DNA from: Myxococcota bacterium
GTDB lineage: Bacteria > Myxococcota_A > UBA9160 > JAFDDA01
Assembly: GCA_965228475.1 (NCBI GenBank)
Contig: OZ245817.1
Span: forward strand, 512,001 to 576,000
Direction: 5' to 3'
Length of the DNA stretch: 64,000 bases
Shown in pieces: positions 38,189 to 47,363 of this stretch (the stretch's first letter is position 1; each line of letters starts with the position of its first letter). The notes beneath the pieces are model-generated. The model was not told the origin of the DNA. It was given only the letters and a program-made list of their open reading frames with translations, and made no database searches. The position numbers were made by a program, and so were the translations under genes.

Positions 38189-39214
38189 GTGAAGAAGCTG
38201 CGGGTCGTTCTGCTCTGTCACGAGGATCTCGTTCCGCCGAACGAGGCGCCCGCGGACTACGCGGATGCCATCTACGACTGGCAGGCGGAGTTCGACGTCT
38301 CCGCCGCGCTGCGCGAGCTCGGCCACGAGGTCCAGGTCCTCGGCGTCTCCGACGACGTCCTGCCGATCCGTCAGTGCGTCTCGGGCTTCGAGCCCGACGC
38401 CGTCTTCAACCAGCTCGTCGAGCTGCGCGACGTCGGCGCCTTCGCCGTCCACGTGGTGAGCTACCTCGAGCTGCTCGGCGTTCCCTATACCGGCTGCAAC
38501 CCCCAGGGCCTCCTGCTCGCCCGGGACAAGGCGCTCTGCAAGAAGATCCTCCGCTACCACCGCATCCCGACGCCGGCCTTCCGGGTCTTCCCGCTCGGCC
38601 GCCGCGTCCGGATCCCAGCGCGCCTGCCGTACCCGATGATCGTGAAGTCCCTCGACGAGGAGGCGTCCCGGGGGCTTTCCCAGGCCTCGATCGTGCACGA
38701 CGAGGCGGCGCTGGCCGAACGCATCGCCTTCGTGCATCGCAACGTCGGGACGGCGGCGATCGCCGAGGAGTACGTGGAGGGCCGGGAGATCACCGTCGCG
38801 GTGCTCGGGAACGAACGGCTGAAGACCTTCCCGGTCTGGGAGATGAGCTTCGCCAACCTGCCCGAGGGAACCGAGCCGATCGCGACCGAACGCGTGAAGT
38901 GGGACCGCGCCTACCAGAAGAAGCTCGGCGTCACGATCGGCGCGGCGAAGATCCCCGAGGACGTCGCGAAGCGCATCGCCCGCATCGCACGGCGGAGCTA
39001 CCGCGCGCTCCAGCTCTCGGGCTACGCCCGGCTCGATCTCCGCGTCACGCCGGACGGCCGGGTCTACGTGATCGAGGCGAACCCGAACCCGGACCTCTCG
39101 AACGACGAAGACTTCGCGCTTTCGGCGAAGCACGACGGGATTCCGTATCCGAAGCTGATCCAACGGATCGTGCGCCTGGGCCTCGGCTATCAGGCCCCCG
39201 GCCGGGTACGCTAG
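38189..39214 (+). CDS. ATP-grasp ligase, D-Ala-D-Ala ligase-like but divergent
   Basis: PYTG, RDK..CK, PMIVK, EEYVEGREITV, YARLDLR and IEANPNP motifs. Confidence 0.88.
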   Translation: MKKLRVVLLCHEDLVPPNEAPADYADAIYDWQAEFDVSAALRELGHEVQVLGVSDDVLPIRQCVSGFEPDAVFNQLVELRDVGAFAVHVVSYLELLGVPYTGCNPQGLLLARDKALCKKILRYHRIPTPAFRVFPLGRRVRIPARLPYPMIVKSLDEEASRGLSQASIVHDEAALAERIAFVHRNVGTAAIAEEYVEGREITVAVLGNERLKTFPVWEMSFANLPEGTEPIATERVKWDRAYQKKLGVTIGAAKIPEDVAKRIARIARRSYRALQLSGYARLDLRVTPDGRVYVIEANPNPDLSNDEDFALSAKHDGIPYPKLIQRIVRLGLGYQAPGRVR

Positions 39215-39221
39215 CGCCGTC

Positions 39222-41393
39222 GTGGCACGCTCCGTCACCATCCGCCGCAGCCTGCTGCTGAATCTCGGCCTGCTCGTCGTGGGCCTGTGCGCCGCGATCG
39301 TGGCCGTCACGGTCTATACGGGCCAGCAGATCGTCGGGGTCACCTCGCGCCGCCTGATCGACAGGACGCTCGACCGAGCCGTCTCGGAGCTCGGGATCTT
39401 CTTCGAGCCGGTCGAGCGGAACCTGCGCATGGGGCGTGGCTGGCTCGAAGCCGGAACGCTCGATCCCACCGACGACGCGAGCCTCGACGCCTTCTTCCGC
39501 CCCCTGCTCGAGGCGTACCCGCAGATCTCCTCGGTCAACCTAGGCGACGAAGCGGGCCGCAACTGGATGCTCCTGCGGACGGCGACGGGCTGGTACAGCC
39601 GACGGATCGATCCGCCCGCTTCCGGCGATCAGATCCGCTTCCGCGAGCGGGCGCAAGACGGCAGCCTTCTTCGCGAAGAACGGGTCGACCCTTCCGAGTC
39701 CGAACGCTACGACCCGCGTACGCGGGTCTGGTACCGCATGGCCTGGGACGGCGTGCCGAAGCCCGGCCCCGGCGTCACGCGGCCGGACGGCATCTACTGG
39801 ACCGAGGCCTACGAGTTCTTCACGACGCGCGAGCCCGGCATCACGGCGACCGTGCACGTGGAGACCCCCTCCGGCCGCTGGCTGCTCGCCTTCGACATCC
39901 TGCTCCGTGACCTCTCCGCCTTCACCCAGGAGATCGAGGTGACGCCGAACGGTTTCGTCGGCGTCCTCTCGGCGGACCGCAAGCTGCTCGGGGTCCCCCG
40001 GCTGCCGCAGCTCGCCAATGCGGAGGCGGTCCGGGCCGCACAGCTCAAGCGCCCGGGTGATCTGGGGATCGCCGTGGTCGAAGACGCGATCGCGAACTAC
40101 CAGCGTCTCGACGCGAGCCGCCGGGTCAACGTCGACCCGGTGGGTTCGCTCGAGCGCGGCTGGCTCGACGCGGGCGACTCGATCTTCGCCTTCGAGAGCG
40201 GCGGTGCGCGCTACTGGGCCGACGTGCGGATCATCGTCGTTCCGCCGGACCAGAAGATCCTGGTCGTCGCGAACATCCCGGAGCGGGATCTGCTCGGACC
40301 CATCCGGCAGCTCCGGGCGGGCGTGCTCGCCGTGACGGCGCTCGCCCTGCTCGCCGCCATCGCGAGCGCCTACCTCCTCGCGCGCCGCTACTCGCTTCCC
40401 CTTGCGGCCCTCGCCCGGAGTAGCGCGCGCATCCGCCGCCTCGATCTGCGCGCGGCGGATCGGGTCCAATCGGGCATCACCGAGATCTCCGAGCTCGCCG
40501 GTGCACAGGAGAGCATGCGCACCACCCTCGACGCCTTCTCCCGCTACGTGCCGACCGACGTCGTGCGGGAGCTGGTCGAGCTCGGCGAAGCCGCGCGCAT
40601 CGGCGGGGAGCGCAAGGAGCTCACCGTGATGTTCAGCGACATCGAGGGCTTCACGAAGATCGCCGAGCGCAAGAGCCCCGAAGAGCTCACGCATCATCTC
40701 GCCGGCTACTTCGAGGCCATGCTTTCGATCCTCGACGAGATCGGAACGGTCGACAAGCTCGTCGGCGACGGGATCATGGCCTTCTGGGGCGCACCCCATC
40801 CGGACCCGCACCACGCGCGCCACGCACTCGAGGCCGTGCTCGACTGCGAAGCTCGCCTTGCCGAGCTGAACCGGGCCTGGCAGGCCGAGGGCGAGCCGCC
40901 GCTGCCGACCCGCTTCGGTCTGGCGAGCGGCCCCGCGCTCGTCGGAAACGTCGGCTCCGCGCGACGCCTGAGCTACACGGCCGTCGGCGACGTCGTGAAC
41001 CTCGCGAGCCGGCTCGAGAGCCTGAACCGTGTCTACGGCACCCGGATCCTCGCGGCCGACGGCGTCCGGAAGCACGCGGGAGACCGCTTCGAGTGGCGGA
41101 CGATCGACCGGGTGCGCGTGGTGGGCCGGGATCAATCGGTCGAGATCCACGAGCTCCTCGGCCGGCGCGACGCGGTCCCGGCTCGGCGCCGGCGTTTCGC
41201 CCAGGCCTACGAACGCGCGCTCGCCGCGTACCGGAAGCGGGAGTTCGCGCGGGCGGTCGAGCGGATCGACGCGCTCGAGGACGCTTGGCGTACCGATCTC
41301 TCGGTCGCGCGCCTGCGCACGAGCTGCATGGAGTGCCTCGAGGCCCCGCCGCCCGCCGACTGGGAGCCCATCACCCTGCTCACCCAGAAGTAG
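39222..41393 (+). CDS. Membrane class III adenylate cyclase with Cache-like periplasmic and HAMP domains
   Basis: Two TM helices; FSDIEGFT, DKLVGDGIMAFW and YTAVGDVVNLASRLE. Confidence 0.93.
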   Translation: MARSVTIRRSLLLNLGLLVVGLCAAIVAVTVYTGQQIVGVTSRRLIDRTLDRAVSELGIFFEPVERNLRMGRGWLEAGTLDPTDDASLDAFFRPLLEAYPQISSVNLGDEAGRNWMLLRTATGWYSRRIDPPASGDQIRFRERAQDGSLLREERVDPSESERYDPRTRVWYRMAWDGVPKPGPGVTRPDGIYWTEAYEFFTTREPGITATVHVETPSGRWLLAFDILLRDLSAFTQEIEVTPNGFVGVLSADRKLLGVPRLPQLANAEAVRAAQLKRPGDLGIAVVEDAIANYQRLDASRRVNVDPVGSLERGWLDAGDSIFAFESGGARYWADVRIIVVPPDQKILVVANIPERDLLGPIRQLRAGVLAVTALALLAAIASAYLLARRYSLPLAALARSSARIRRLDLRAADRVQSGITEISELAGAQESMRTTLDAFSRYVPTDVVRELVELGEAARIGGERKELTVMFSDIEGFTKIAERKSPEELTHHLAGYFEAMLSILDEIGTVDKLVGDGIMAFWGAPHPDPHHARHALEAVLDCEARLAELNRAWQAEGEPPLPTRFGLASGPALVGNVGSARRLSYTAVGDVVNLASRLESLNRVYGTRILAADGVRKHAGDRFEWRTIDRVRVVGRDQSVEIHELLGRRDAVPARRRRFAQAYERALAAYRKREFARAVERIDALEDAWRTDLSVARLRTSCMECLEAPPPADWEPITLLTQK

Positions 41394-41434
41394 TCCCGCG
41401 GCCGGGGCAAAGCCGGATTGGTAGAATCCGGGAG

Positions 41435-42106
41435 ATGGCGGCGGTCTCTCCCACCTCGGAAGCTGCAGGCGCGACGACTTCGGGTTCGATGGCCCAGGGC
41501 TCGCAGGCCCTGCTCGCGTGCCACGAATGCGACGGGCTCGTCCGCGAGCCGCGCCTCGAGGCGGGCACGTCGGCCCGCTGCGCCCGCTGCGGCGGCCTGC
41601 TCGCCCGCGCGCGGCAGGACAGCATCGACCGGACGCTGGCCTTCACCTTCGCCTCGCTCGTGCTGTTCACCCTGGCGAACGTCTACCCGTTCATGAGCTT
41701 CCAGCTCGAAGGCCGAACCCAGGTCTCGACCCTGGCCTCGGGGTCGGTCGAGCTGTGGCAGGCCGGCCTGCCCGAGCTCGGGGTGCTCGTCTTCGCGACG
41801 AGCATCGGCTTCCCGGCGCTCGAGCTCTTCGGCTTGCTCTACGTCCTCCTGCCGCTGCGCTTCGGCCAGCCCGCTCCCCGACACTACGGCCCCGTCTTCC
41901 GCTGGATCCAATCCGTCGGACCCTGGGCCATGCTCGAGGTCTACCTGCTCGGGGTGCTGGTCGCGATCGTGAAGCTCTCGGAGATGGCGACGCTCGTGCC
42001 GGGCATCGCCTTCTGGTCGTTCTGCGGGCTCATCGTGACCACGACCTGCGCCAACGCCACCCTCGACCCGGCGCTCGTCTGGCGGCGCCTCGGGGCCTCG
42101 CGATGA
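41435..42106 (+). CDS. pqiA: PqiA/LetA family protein, first half-type subunit
   Basis: CHECD and CARCG zinc ribbon; ANVYP; PWAMLEVYLLGVLVAIVKL. Confidence 0.9.
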   Translation: MAAVSPTSEAAGATTSGSMAQGSQALLACHECDGLVREPRLEAGTSARCARCGGLLARARQDSIDRTLAFTFASLVLFTLANVYPFMSFQLEGRTQVSTLASGSVELWQAGLPELGVLVFATSIGFPALELFGLLYVLLPLRFGQPAPRHYGPVFRWIQSVGPWAMLEVYLLGVLVAIVKLSEMATLVPGIAFWSFCGLIVTTTCANATLDPALVWRRLGASR

Positions 42107-42762
42107 GCACCGCGGCGTCGCAGCCGGCGGAGGTCGCCCTGTCGTCCGCCAAGGACGTCGGGCTGATGAGCTGCCACGGCTGCAATCTCCTGCTTCGCGA
42201 GCGCCATGCGGCGCGCGGCGAAACCCTGCGCTGCCCCCGCTGCGAGGCTCCCGTCCACGGCCGCAAGCCCAACAGCCTGCAGCGCACCGCGGCCCTGGTG
42301 GTGACGGCCGCCATCCTCTACGTGCCGGCCAACCTCTTCCCGATCATGACCGTCGTCTCCTTCGGTCGGGGGCAGGCCGATACGATCCTCTCGGGCGTGA
42401 TCCACCTCGCCGAAGCGGGTCTCTGGTCCCTTGCGCTGCTCGTCCTGTTCGCGAGTGTCGTGGTCCCGATGTTGAAGCTCGTGGGGTTGACCTTCCTGGT
42501 GTGGTCGGTCCATCGCCGATGGCGGTGGCGTCCGCGCGACCGTACGCTGCTCTACCGCGTGATCGAAGGCGTTGGGCGCTGGTCGATGATCGACATCTTC
42601 ATGATTTCGATTCTCGTGGCCCTGGTGCAGCTCGGGAACGTCGCGACCATCGAGACCGGCCTCGGGGCCACGTGCTTCGCGGCGGTCGTGGTCGTGACGA
42701 TGTTCGCGTCTATGAGCTTCGACCCCCGCTTGATCTGGGACGTCCTGGAGGAAGATCGATGA
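42103..42762 (+). CDS. pqiA: PqiA/LetA family protein, second half-type subunit
   Basis: CHGC and CPRC; RKPNSLQRT; GRWSMIDIF; FDPRLIWD. Confidence 0.92.
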   Translation: MSTAASQPAEVALSSAKDVGLMSCHGCNLLLRERHAARGETLRCPRCEAPVHGRKPNSLQRTAALVVTAAILYVPANLFPIMTVVSFGRGQADTILSGVIHLAEAGLWSLALLVLFASVVVPMLKLVGLTFLVWSVHRRWRWRPRDRTLLYRVIEGVGRWSMIDIFMISILVALVQLGNVATIETGLGATCFAAVVVVTMFASMSFDPRLIWDVLEEDR

Positions 42763-44501
42763 GCGAAGGTTCCGGGCCCCCGGTCGACCCGGTCGAAGCG
42801 GGGGAGGCCGAGGTCGTCAAGCGTGGCGGCTTCTCGATCATCTGGCTGATTCCGGTGCTCGCCCTGCTGATCGGCGGGACGATCTGGTGGCAGGCCGCCT
42901 CGAACCGTGGCCCGGTCGTGACGATCCTCTTCGACGAGGGCGGCGGCATCGAGCCCGGCAAGACCAAGGTGAAGTACCGCGGCCTCGAGGTCGGCGAGGT
43001 GCTCGAGGTCGGCATCCGGGACATTGACACCGTCGAGGTCCAGGCGCAGCTCGGCCCGGGAGCACGGCCCTTCATGACGAGCGAGACCCAGTTCTGGATC
43101 GAGAAGCCGCGCGTGGGCGTGGGAGGGATCTCGGGTCTCGACACGCTCGTCTCGGGCTCCTACATCGCGATCCTTCCCGGGGTCGACGAGGCCGGCGTCC
43201 CGATCGGGCAGCCGAAGACGGAGTTCCGGGGCCTGCTGCGGCCGCCGCTGACCGCCGTCTATCCGAACGCGCTGCGCATCGGGCTCGAGACCGACGACCT
43301 CCGCGGCCTCACCCGCGGCGCCGACCTCCGCTTCCGCGACATCCGCGTCGGCGAGGTCGAGCGCTACGAGATCCACGCGGACGGCCAGGGCGTTCGGGTC
43401 TGGGCGCTCATCGCCGAGGAGTACAAGGACCTCGTGCGCCCGAGCACCGAGTTCTGGAACGCCAGCGGGATCGTCGTCGAGGCGAAGTCCTCGGGGGTGA
43501 AGATCGAGGCCGAGTCCCTGGCGTCGATGCTCGGCGGCGGCATCGATTTCGAGACGCCTCCGGAGGCCTACATCGAGCGTCCCGTCGGCGACGGCGCCAT
43601 CTTCCAGCTCCACCCGACGCGGAGCGCGGCCACCGAGGCCCTCGAGCAGGGCGTCGGCCTGCGCCTGTGGCTCGAGGCGCGGGAGGGCGGGTCGCTCTCC
43701 GATGGCGACGGCGTCTACTACCGCGACATGGAGATCGGCGCCGTCGGGGAGCCGGAGCTCTCCGAAGATGCCCTCACCGTTCGCTACCCGATCCACATCG
43801 CCGAGCGCTTTCGCCCGCTGGTCCGCCGGAACTCGCGCTTCTGGAAGCGCAGCGGCTTCGAGTTCAAGGCGAGCCTGCGCGGCGTCGAGACCAAGGTCGG
43901 CGGGCTGAACACGCTGATCTCGGGGGGCGTGGTGCTCGCCACGCCCGACCGCCCGAGCGACGAGGTCGAGGACGACTCGGTCTTCGTGCTGCACCCGAAG
44001 CCGCGCGAGGGCTGGACCGACTGGAGCCCGAAGATCGTGCTGCGCGAGGTGCACGAGGAGGACCGGCTCCCCCACGTCGTGCGGCTCTATGCCGAGCGGC
44101 CGACCGGGCTGCGCGTGGTGCTCGTCGCGCCGCGTCAGGGGTCGCTCTCGCCCGGAGCGCCGGTCTACTATCGCGACCGGCTGGTCGGAGAGCTCGGCGA
44201 GATCCGCTTCAGCGCGGACGCCCGGAACATCGAAGCCGATGCCTGGATCGACAAGCGCTACGCGACGCTGGTCCGGGGCAATACGCGCTTCTGGAACGCG
44301 AGCGGGATCACCGTCGACGCGGGCATCACCAAGGGCGTGAAGATCCGCACCCAATCCTTCGAGGCGATGATGACGGGCGGGGTTTCCTTCGCCACGCCCG
44401 ACAAGGCCACGGCTCCCGCCGGCGCCGGGGCGCGGTTCACCCTCCACGAGGAGCCGAAGAAGGACTGGCTCAAGTGGTCGCCTTCCCTGCCGCTCCGCTA
44501 G
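42759..44501 (+). CDS. pqiB: PqiB/LetB (YebT)-family MCE lipid transport protein with four MCE domains
   Basis: SIIWLIP TM; four G..V.YR...VG.V / FW..SG MCE units; LetB-like WxxW tail; no coiled-coil needle. Confidence 0.88.
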   Translation: MSEGSGPPVDPVEAGEAEVVKRGGFSIIWLIPVLALLIGGTIWWQAASNRGPVVTILFDEGGGIEPGKTKVKYRGLEVGEVLEVGIRDIDTVEVQAQLGPGARPFMTSETQFWIEKPRVGVGGISGLDTLVSGSYIAILPGVDEAGVPIGQPKTEFRGLLRPPLTAVYPNALRIGLETDDLRGLTRGADLRFRDIRVGEVERYEIHADGQGVRVWALIAEEYKDLVRPSTEFWNASGIVVEAKSSGVKIEAESLASMLGGGIDFETPPEAYIERPVGDGAIFQLHPTRSAATEALEQGVGLRLWLEAREGGSLSDGDGVYYRDMEIGAVGEPELSEDALTVRYPIHIAERFRPLVRRNSRFWKRSGFEFKASLRGVETKVGGLNTLISGGVVLATPDRPSDEVEDDSVFVLHPKPREGWTDWSPKIVLREVHEEDRLPHVVRLYAERPTGLRVVLVAPRQGSLSPGAPVYYRDRLVGELGEIRFSADARNIEADAWIDKRYATLVRGNTRFWNASGITVDAGITKGVKIRTQSFEAMMTGGVSFATPDKATAPAGAGARFTLHEEPKKDWLKWSPSLPLR

Positions 44502-44526
44502 GGCTCGATCGTCATCAGCAAAAGTG

Positions 44527-44563
44527 ATCGATAAGATCAAGACAATCCATTGGACTGATCGAT
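44527..44563 (+). promoter_or_regulatory. Probable OxyR-binding site upstream of dps
   Basis: ATCG-N7-CAAG-N7-ATTG-N7-CGAT, the spacing of the OxyR consensus ATAG-N7-CTAT-N7-ATAG-N7-CTAT. Confidence 0.7.
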
Positions 44564-44604
44564 GGCCACGACCGATCCTTCCTTCGCAACCGAAGGAGGA
44601 CCCC

Positions 44605-45045
44605 ATGGCCGAAGATCGACGCGTCGAGGCGCTGTCCCGCCTGCTGGCCGACAGCTACACGCTCTACCTGAAGACCCACAACTACCACTGGAACGTGACG
44701 GGGCCGATGTTCACGACCCTGCACACCCTGTTCGAGACCCAGTACAACGACTTGGCGCTCGCGGTGGACGAGATCGCCGAGCGCATCCGCGCGATCGGCG
44801 CTCCGGCCCCCGGGAGCTACGCGGCCTTCGCCGCGCTCACCCGGATCGAGGAGGCGGGCGAGGGAGTGCGCGCCGTGGACATGGTGAAGGATCTCGTCGC
44901 GGATCAGGATGCGGTCACGCAGTCGGCCCGCGCCGTGCTCGAGGCCGCCCAGGCCACGGGCGACGAAGTGTCGGCGGACCTCGCCATCCAGCGCAGCCAG
45001 GTGCACGAGAAGAACGCCTGGATGCTGCGGAGCCACCTCGAGTAG
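44605..45045 (+). CDS. dps: Dps DNA-protection/ferritin-like protein
   Basis: LKTHNYHWNVTG, LHTLFE, DEIAERI and HEKNAWML; AAGGAGG RBS. Confidence 0.96.
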   Translation: MAEDRRVEALSRLLADSYTLYLKTHNYHWNVTGPMFTTLHTLFETQYNDLALAVDEIAERIRAIGAPAPGSYAAFAALTRIEEAGEGVRAVDMVKDLVADQDAVTQSARAVLEAAQATGDEVSADLAIQRSQVHEKNAWMLRSHLE

Positions 45046-45059
45046 AGGCGGCTCGGAGG

Positions 45060-46430
45060 CTAGCGGCCCTTCGAGAGCCGGCCGATGTCGATGTAGCGGC
45101 GGATCCGCCCCTTGCTGTCGAGGGGCGTTCCGTTGCTGTCCCAGAACTCGATGCGGTTGCCGGTGCCGGTCTGGACGTTCACGATGATGTCCGAGACCAC
45201 GCGCAGGTCGCGCGGCTCCTCGACCTCCTTCCAGCCCGCGTAGTACTCCGGGTCGTCCTCACTCCAGCGCTTGTTGTGCCAGATGATCTTCCACAGCTCC
45301 TCCTTGCGGTCGTAGGCGAAGGAGTAGAGCGGCTTCAGGGTCTCCCGGTCGATGTAGATGTCCTTGTGGTGATACGGGTGATCCTCGTTCTTCGGGATCA
45401 TCCGCACCTTCACGGCCTTGCGCAGCTCCCAGCGGTCGTTGGCGTAGGACAGGCCGTAGGGGCCGAAGTTCACGTCCTTGTTGTAGGGGTAGGCGCGGAT
45501 CCGGCTGTTCATCGGCGCCAGGATCTCCATCTCGCCGAGGCATGCCCACTCGTACTGGGGGACGATGCCGGCGAAGCTCCGCAGGTCGTCGAAGGTGAAG
45601 TCGGTGCCGGAGATGGCGTCGGTCCGCTGGGCCGTCGAGATGCGCCGCACGCGGCGGAGCTGGGGGATGTAGACCCAGGTGTCGTCGTTCTTCGCCTCGG
45701 CGCGCGGCCCGTCGGCGCTCTTGTAGCGGTAGGTCATGAGGTTGATGCCGCGGGCGTCGAAGGGTGCGACCACCTCGATGCCGAAGGCGCCCTTGCGCTT
45801 CTCGCCGCGGAAGAGGTCGCCGTTCTGCTTCTCGATCAGGCTCGGCTCGACGCGGCTCGAGAGCTGGACCGCGCGCCCGGTCCCTTCGTAGTAGAGCGGG
45901 AGCTGCTCGCCGCGGTCCCAGTAGGAGTAGTAGAAGGAGGCCGCCCCGCCGTCGCCGCGCCAGGAGTAGTCGAAGTTCCACATGATCTTCAGGCCGGCTT
46001 CGGGGTCCGTCTTGCAGTCGAGGGTGTCCATGGGGAACGGTGCGCCCGCGGTGTAGTTCTCGAGGCTGCCGTCGGGGCCGATCCGGGCCTGGCCGCGAAA
46101 GCGCTCGGTGGCCGCGAGGTACGCCTCGGCCTGCCGGTAGTCCCGGTGCAGGGGGCCGATCTCGAGTTCCATTCCCTCGAAGAAGAAGAAGTCGCGGTTC
46201 GACCAGAACTCGGGCGGGAGGTAGCGCTGGAGGCGGGCCAGTTGGTCGAAGCCGATGACGTCGCCTTCCTGGAACGCGGGGCCGCCTTGGCCGGCATCTT
46301 CCTGCGCCCGGCTGGCGGGCGCGGCCCCGAACACGAGCATCGCGGCGGCGAGGACGCCGGAAACCAGGGGAGCGTACGATCGGGGCAAAGCGTCTCCTCG
46401 GGCGCACGGCGGGCCCCCGCCCCGCGCCAT
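45060..46430 (-). CDS. DUF1329 / LolA-like lipoprotein-sorting family protein
   Basis: Signal peptide; GAPFP, KIMWN, WVYIPQLRRVRR and DRKEELWK. Confidence 0.85.
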   Translation of the reverse strand: MARGGGPPCARGDALPRSYAPLVSGVLAAAMLVFGAAPASRAQEDAGQGGPAFQEGDVIGFDQLARLQRYLPPEFWSNRDFFFFEGMELEIGPLHRDYRQAEAYLAATERFRGQARIGPDGSLENYTAGAPFPMDTLDCKTDPEAGLKIMWNFDYSWRGDGGAASFYYSYWDRGEQLPLYYEGTGRAVQLSSRVEPSLIEKQNGDLFRGEKRKGAFGIEVVAPFDARGINLMTYRYKSADGPRAEAKNDDTWVYIPQLRRVRRISTAQRTDAISGTDFTFDDLRSFAGIVPQYEWACLGEMEILAPMNSRIRAYPYNKDVNFGPYGLSYANDRWELRKAVKVRMIPKNEDHPYHHKDIYIDRETLKPLYSFAYDRKEELWKIIWHNKRWSEDDPEYYAGWKEVEEPRDLRVVSDIIVNVQTGTGNRIEFWDSNGTPLDSKGRIRRYIDIGRLSKGR

Positions 46431-46544
46431 TCGCAGTATGATACGGATCTTCGCGGCTCCGGTCGCGGAGCAATCGCCTCACGGCTCCGGTCGTGCGGCC
46501 CCAGTTTCGATCCTTTGTTCGCGGGTTCCGGTGACGGAGGACAC

Positions 46545-47363
46545 ATGACCGCTTCCGGACCGGCCGAGAACCCGGCCCAGGCGGCCTCGGGCGCGGGGCG
46601 AACCGTCGTGGTGACCGGCGCTTCGGCCGGCATCGGCGTGGCGATCGCGCGCGCGCTCGGCGAGCTCGGCTTCACCGTGGCGCTCGGAGCCCGCCGCCGG
46701 GATCGACTCGAACAGGTGGCGAAGGAGGTCGAGGCGGCCGGGGGCCAGGCCTTCGTCCATGAGCTCGACGTCGCCGACGGGGCCTCGGTCGAGGCGTTCT
46801 TCACGGCGCTCGAGGCGGACTTCGGCGCGGCGGATGCCGTCGTGAACAACGCCGGCGTCGACAACCCGGGTGCATTTCACGAGACGGACCCCGCGGAGCT
46901 CGAACGCTCCGTCGCCGTGAACCTGCTCGGGCCCATGTACGTCTGCCGGCGCGCGCTTCCGGCCATGGTCGAGGCGGGGCAGGGCGACCTGGTCTTCATC
47001 TCCTCCCATGCGGCCCGGGAGTACCGCCCGGCCCAGGCGGCCTACGGGGCGACCAAGGCCGGCCTCGAGAACCTGGCCCGGACGCTCGGACTCGAGCTCG
47101 AGGGCACCGGCGTCCGCTCCACGATCGTGCAGGTCGGCGCCACCCAGAGCGAGTTCCACACGAACTGGACGCCCGACCAGATCACCCACCTCTTGAAATA
47201 CTGGAAGAAGTTCGGCGTCCAGCGTCACCTCGCGATGATGCCGCCCGAGAGCGTCGCGCGCGCCGTGGTGCTCGCGCTGACCACGCCGAAGGGGACCCAG
47301 CTCGGGTGCATCGAGGTGCAGCCCGAGGCGCCGCTCGAGAAGCGGGAAGGAGCCGGATCGTGA
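46545..47363 (+). CDS. Short-chain dehydrogenase/reductase
   Basis: TGASAGIG, NNAG and YGATK; GGAGG RBS. Confidence 0.92.
   Translation: MTASGPAENPAQAASGAGRTVVVTGASAGIGVAIARALGELGFTVALGARRRDRLEQVAKEVEAAGGQAFVHELDVADGASVEAFFTALEADFGAADAVVNNAGVDNPGAFHETDPAELERSVAVNLLGPMYVCRRALPAMVEAGQGDLVFISSHAAREYRPAQAAYGATKAGLENLARTLGLELEGTGVRSTIVQVGATQSEFHTNWTPDQITHLLKYWKKFGVQRHLAMMPPESVARAVVLALTTPKGTQLGCIEVQPEAPLEKREGAGS

Noticed and set aside
38189..39214. Calling the ATP-grasp gene ddl
   Set aside because: Ddl-specific motifs are missing and the context is a peptidase, not cell-wall genes.
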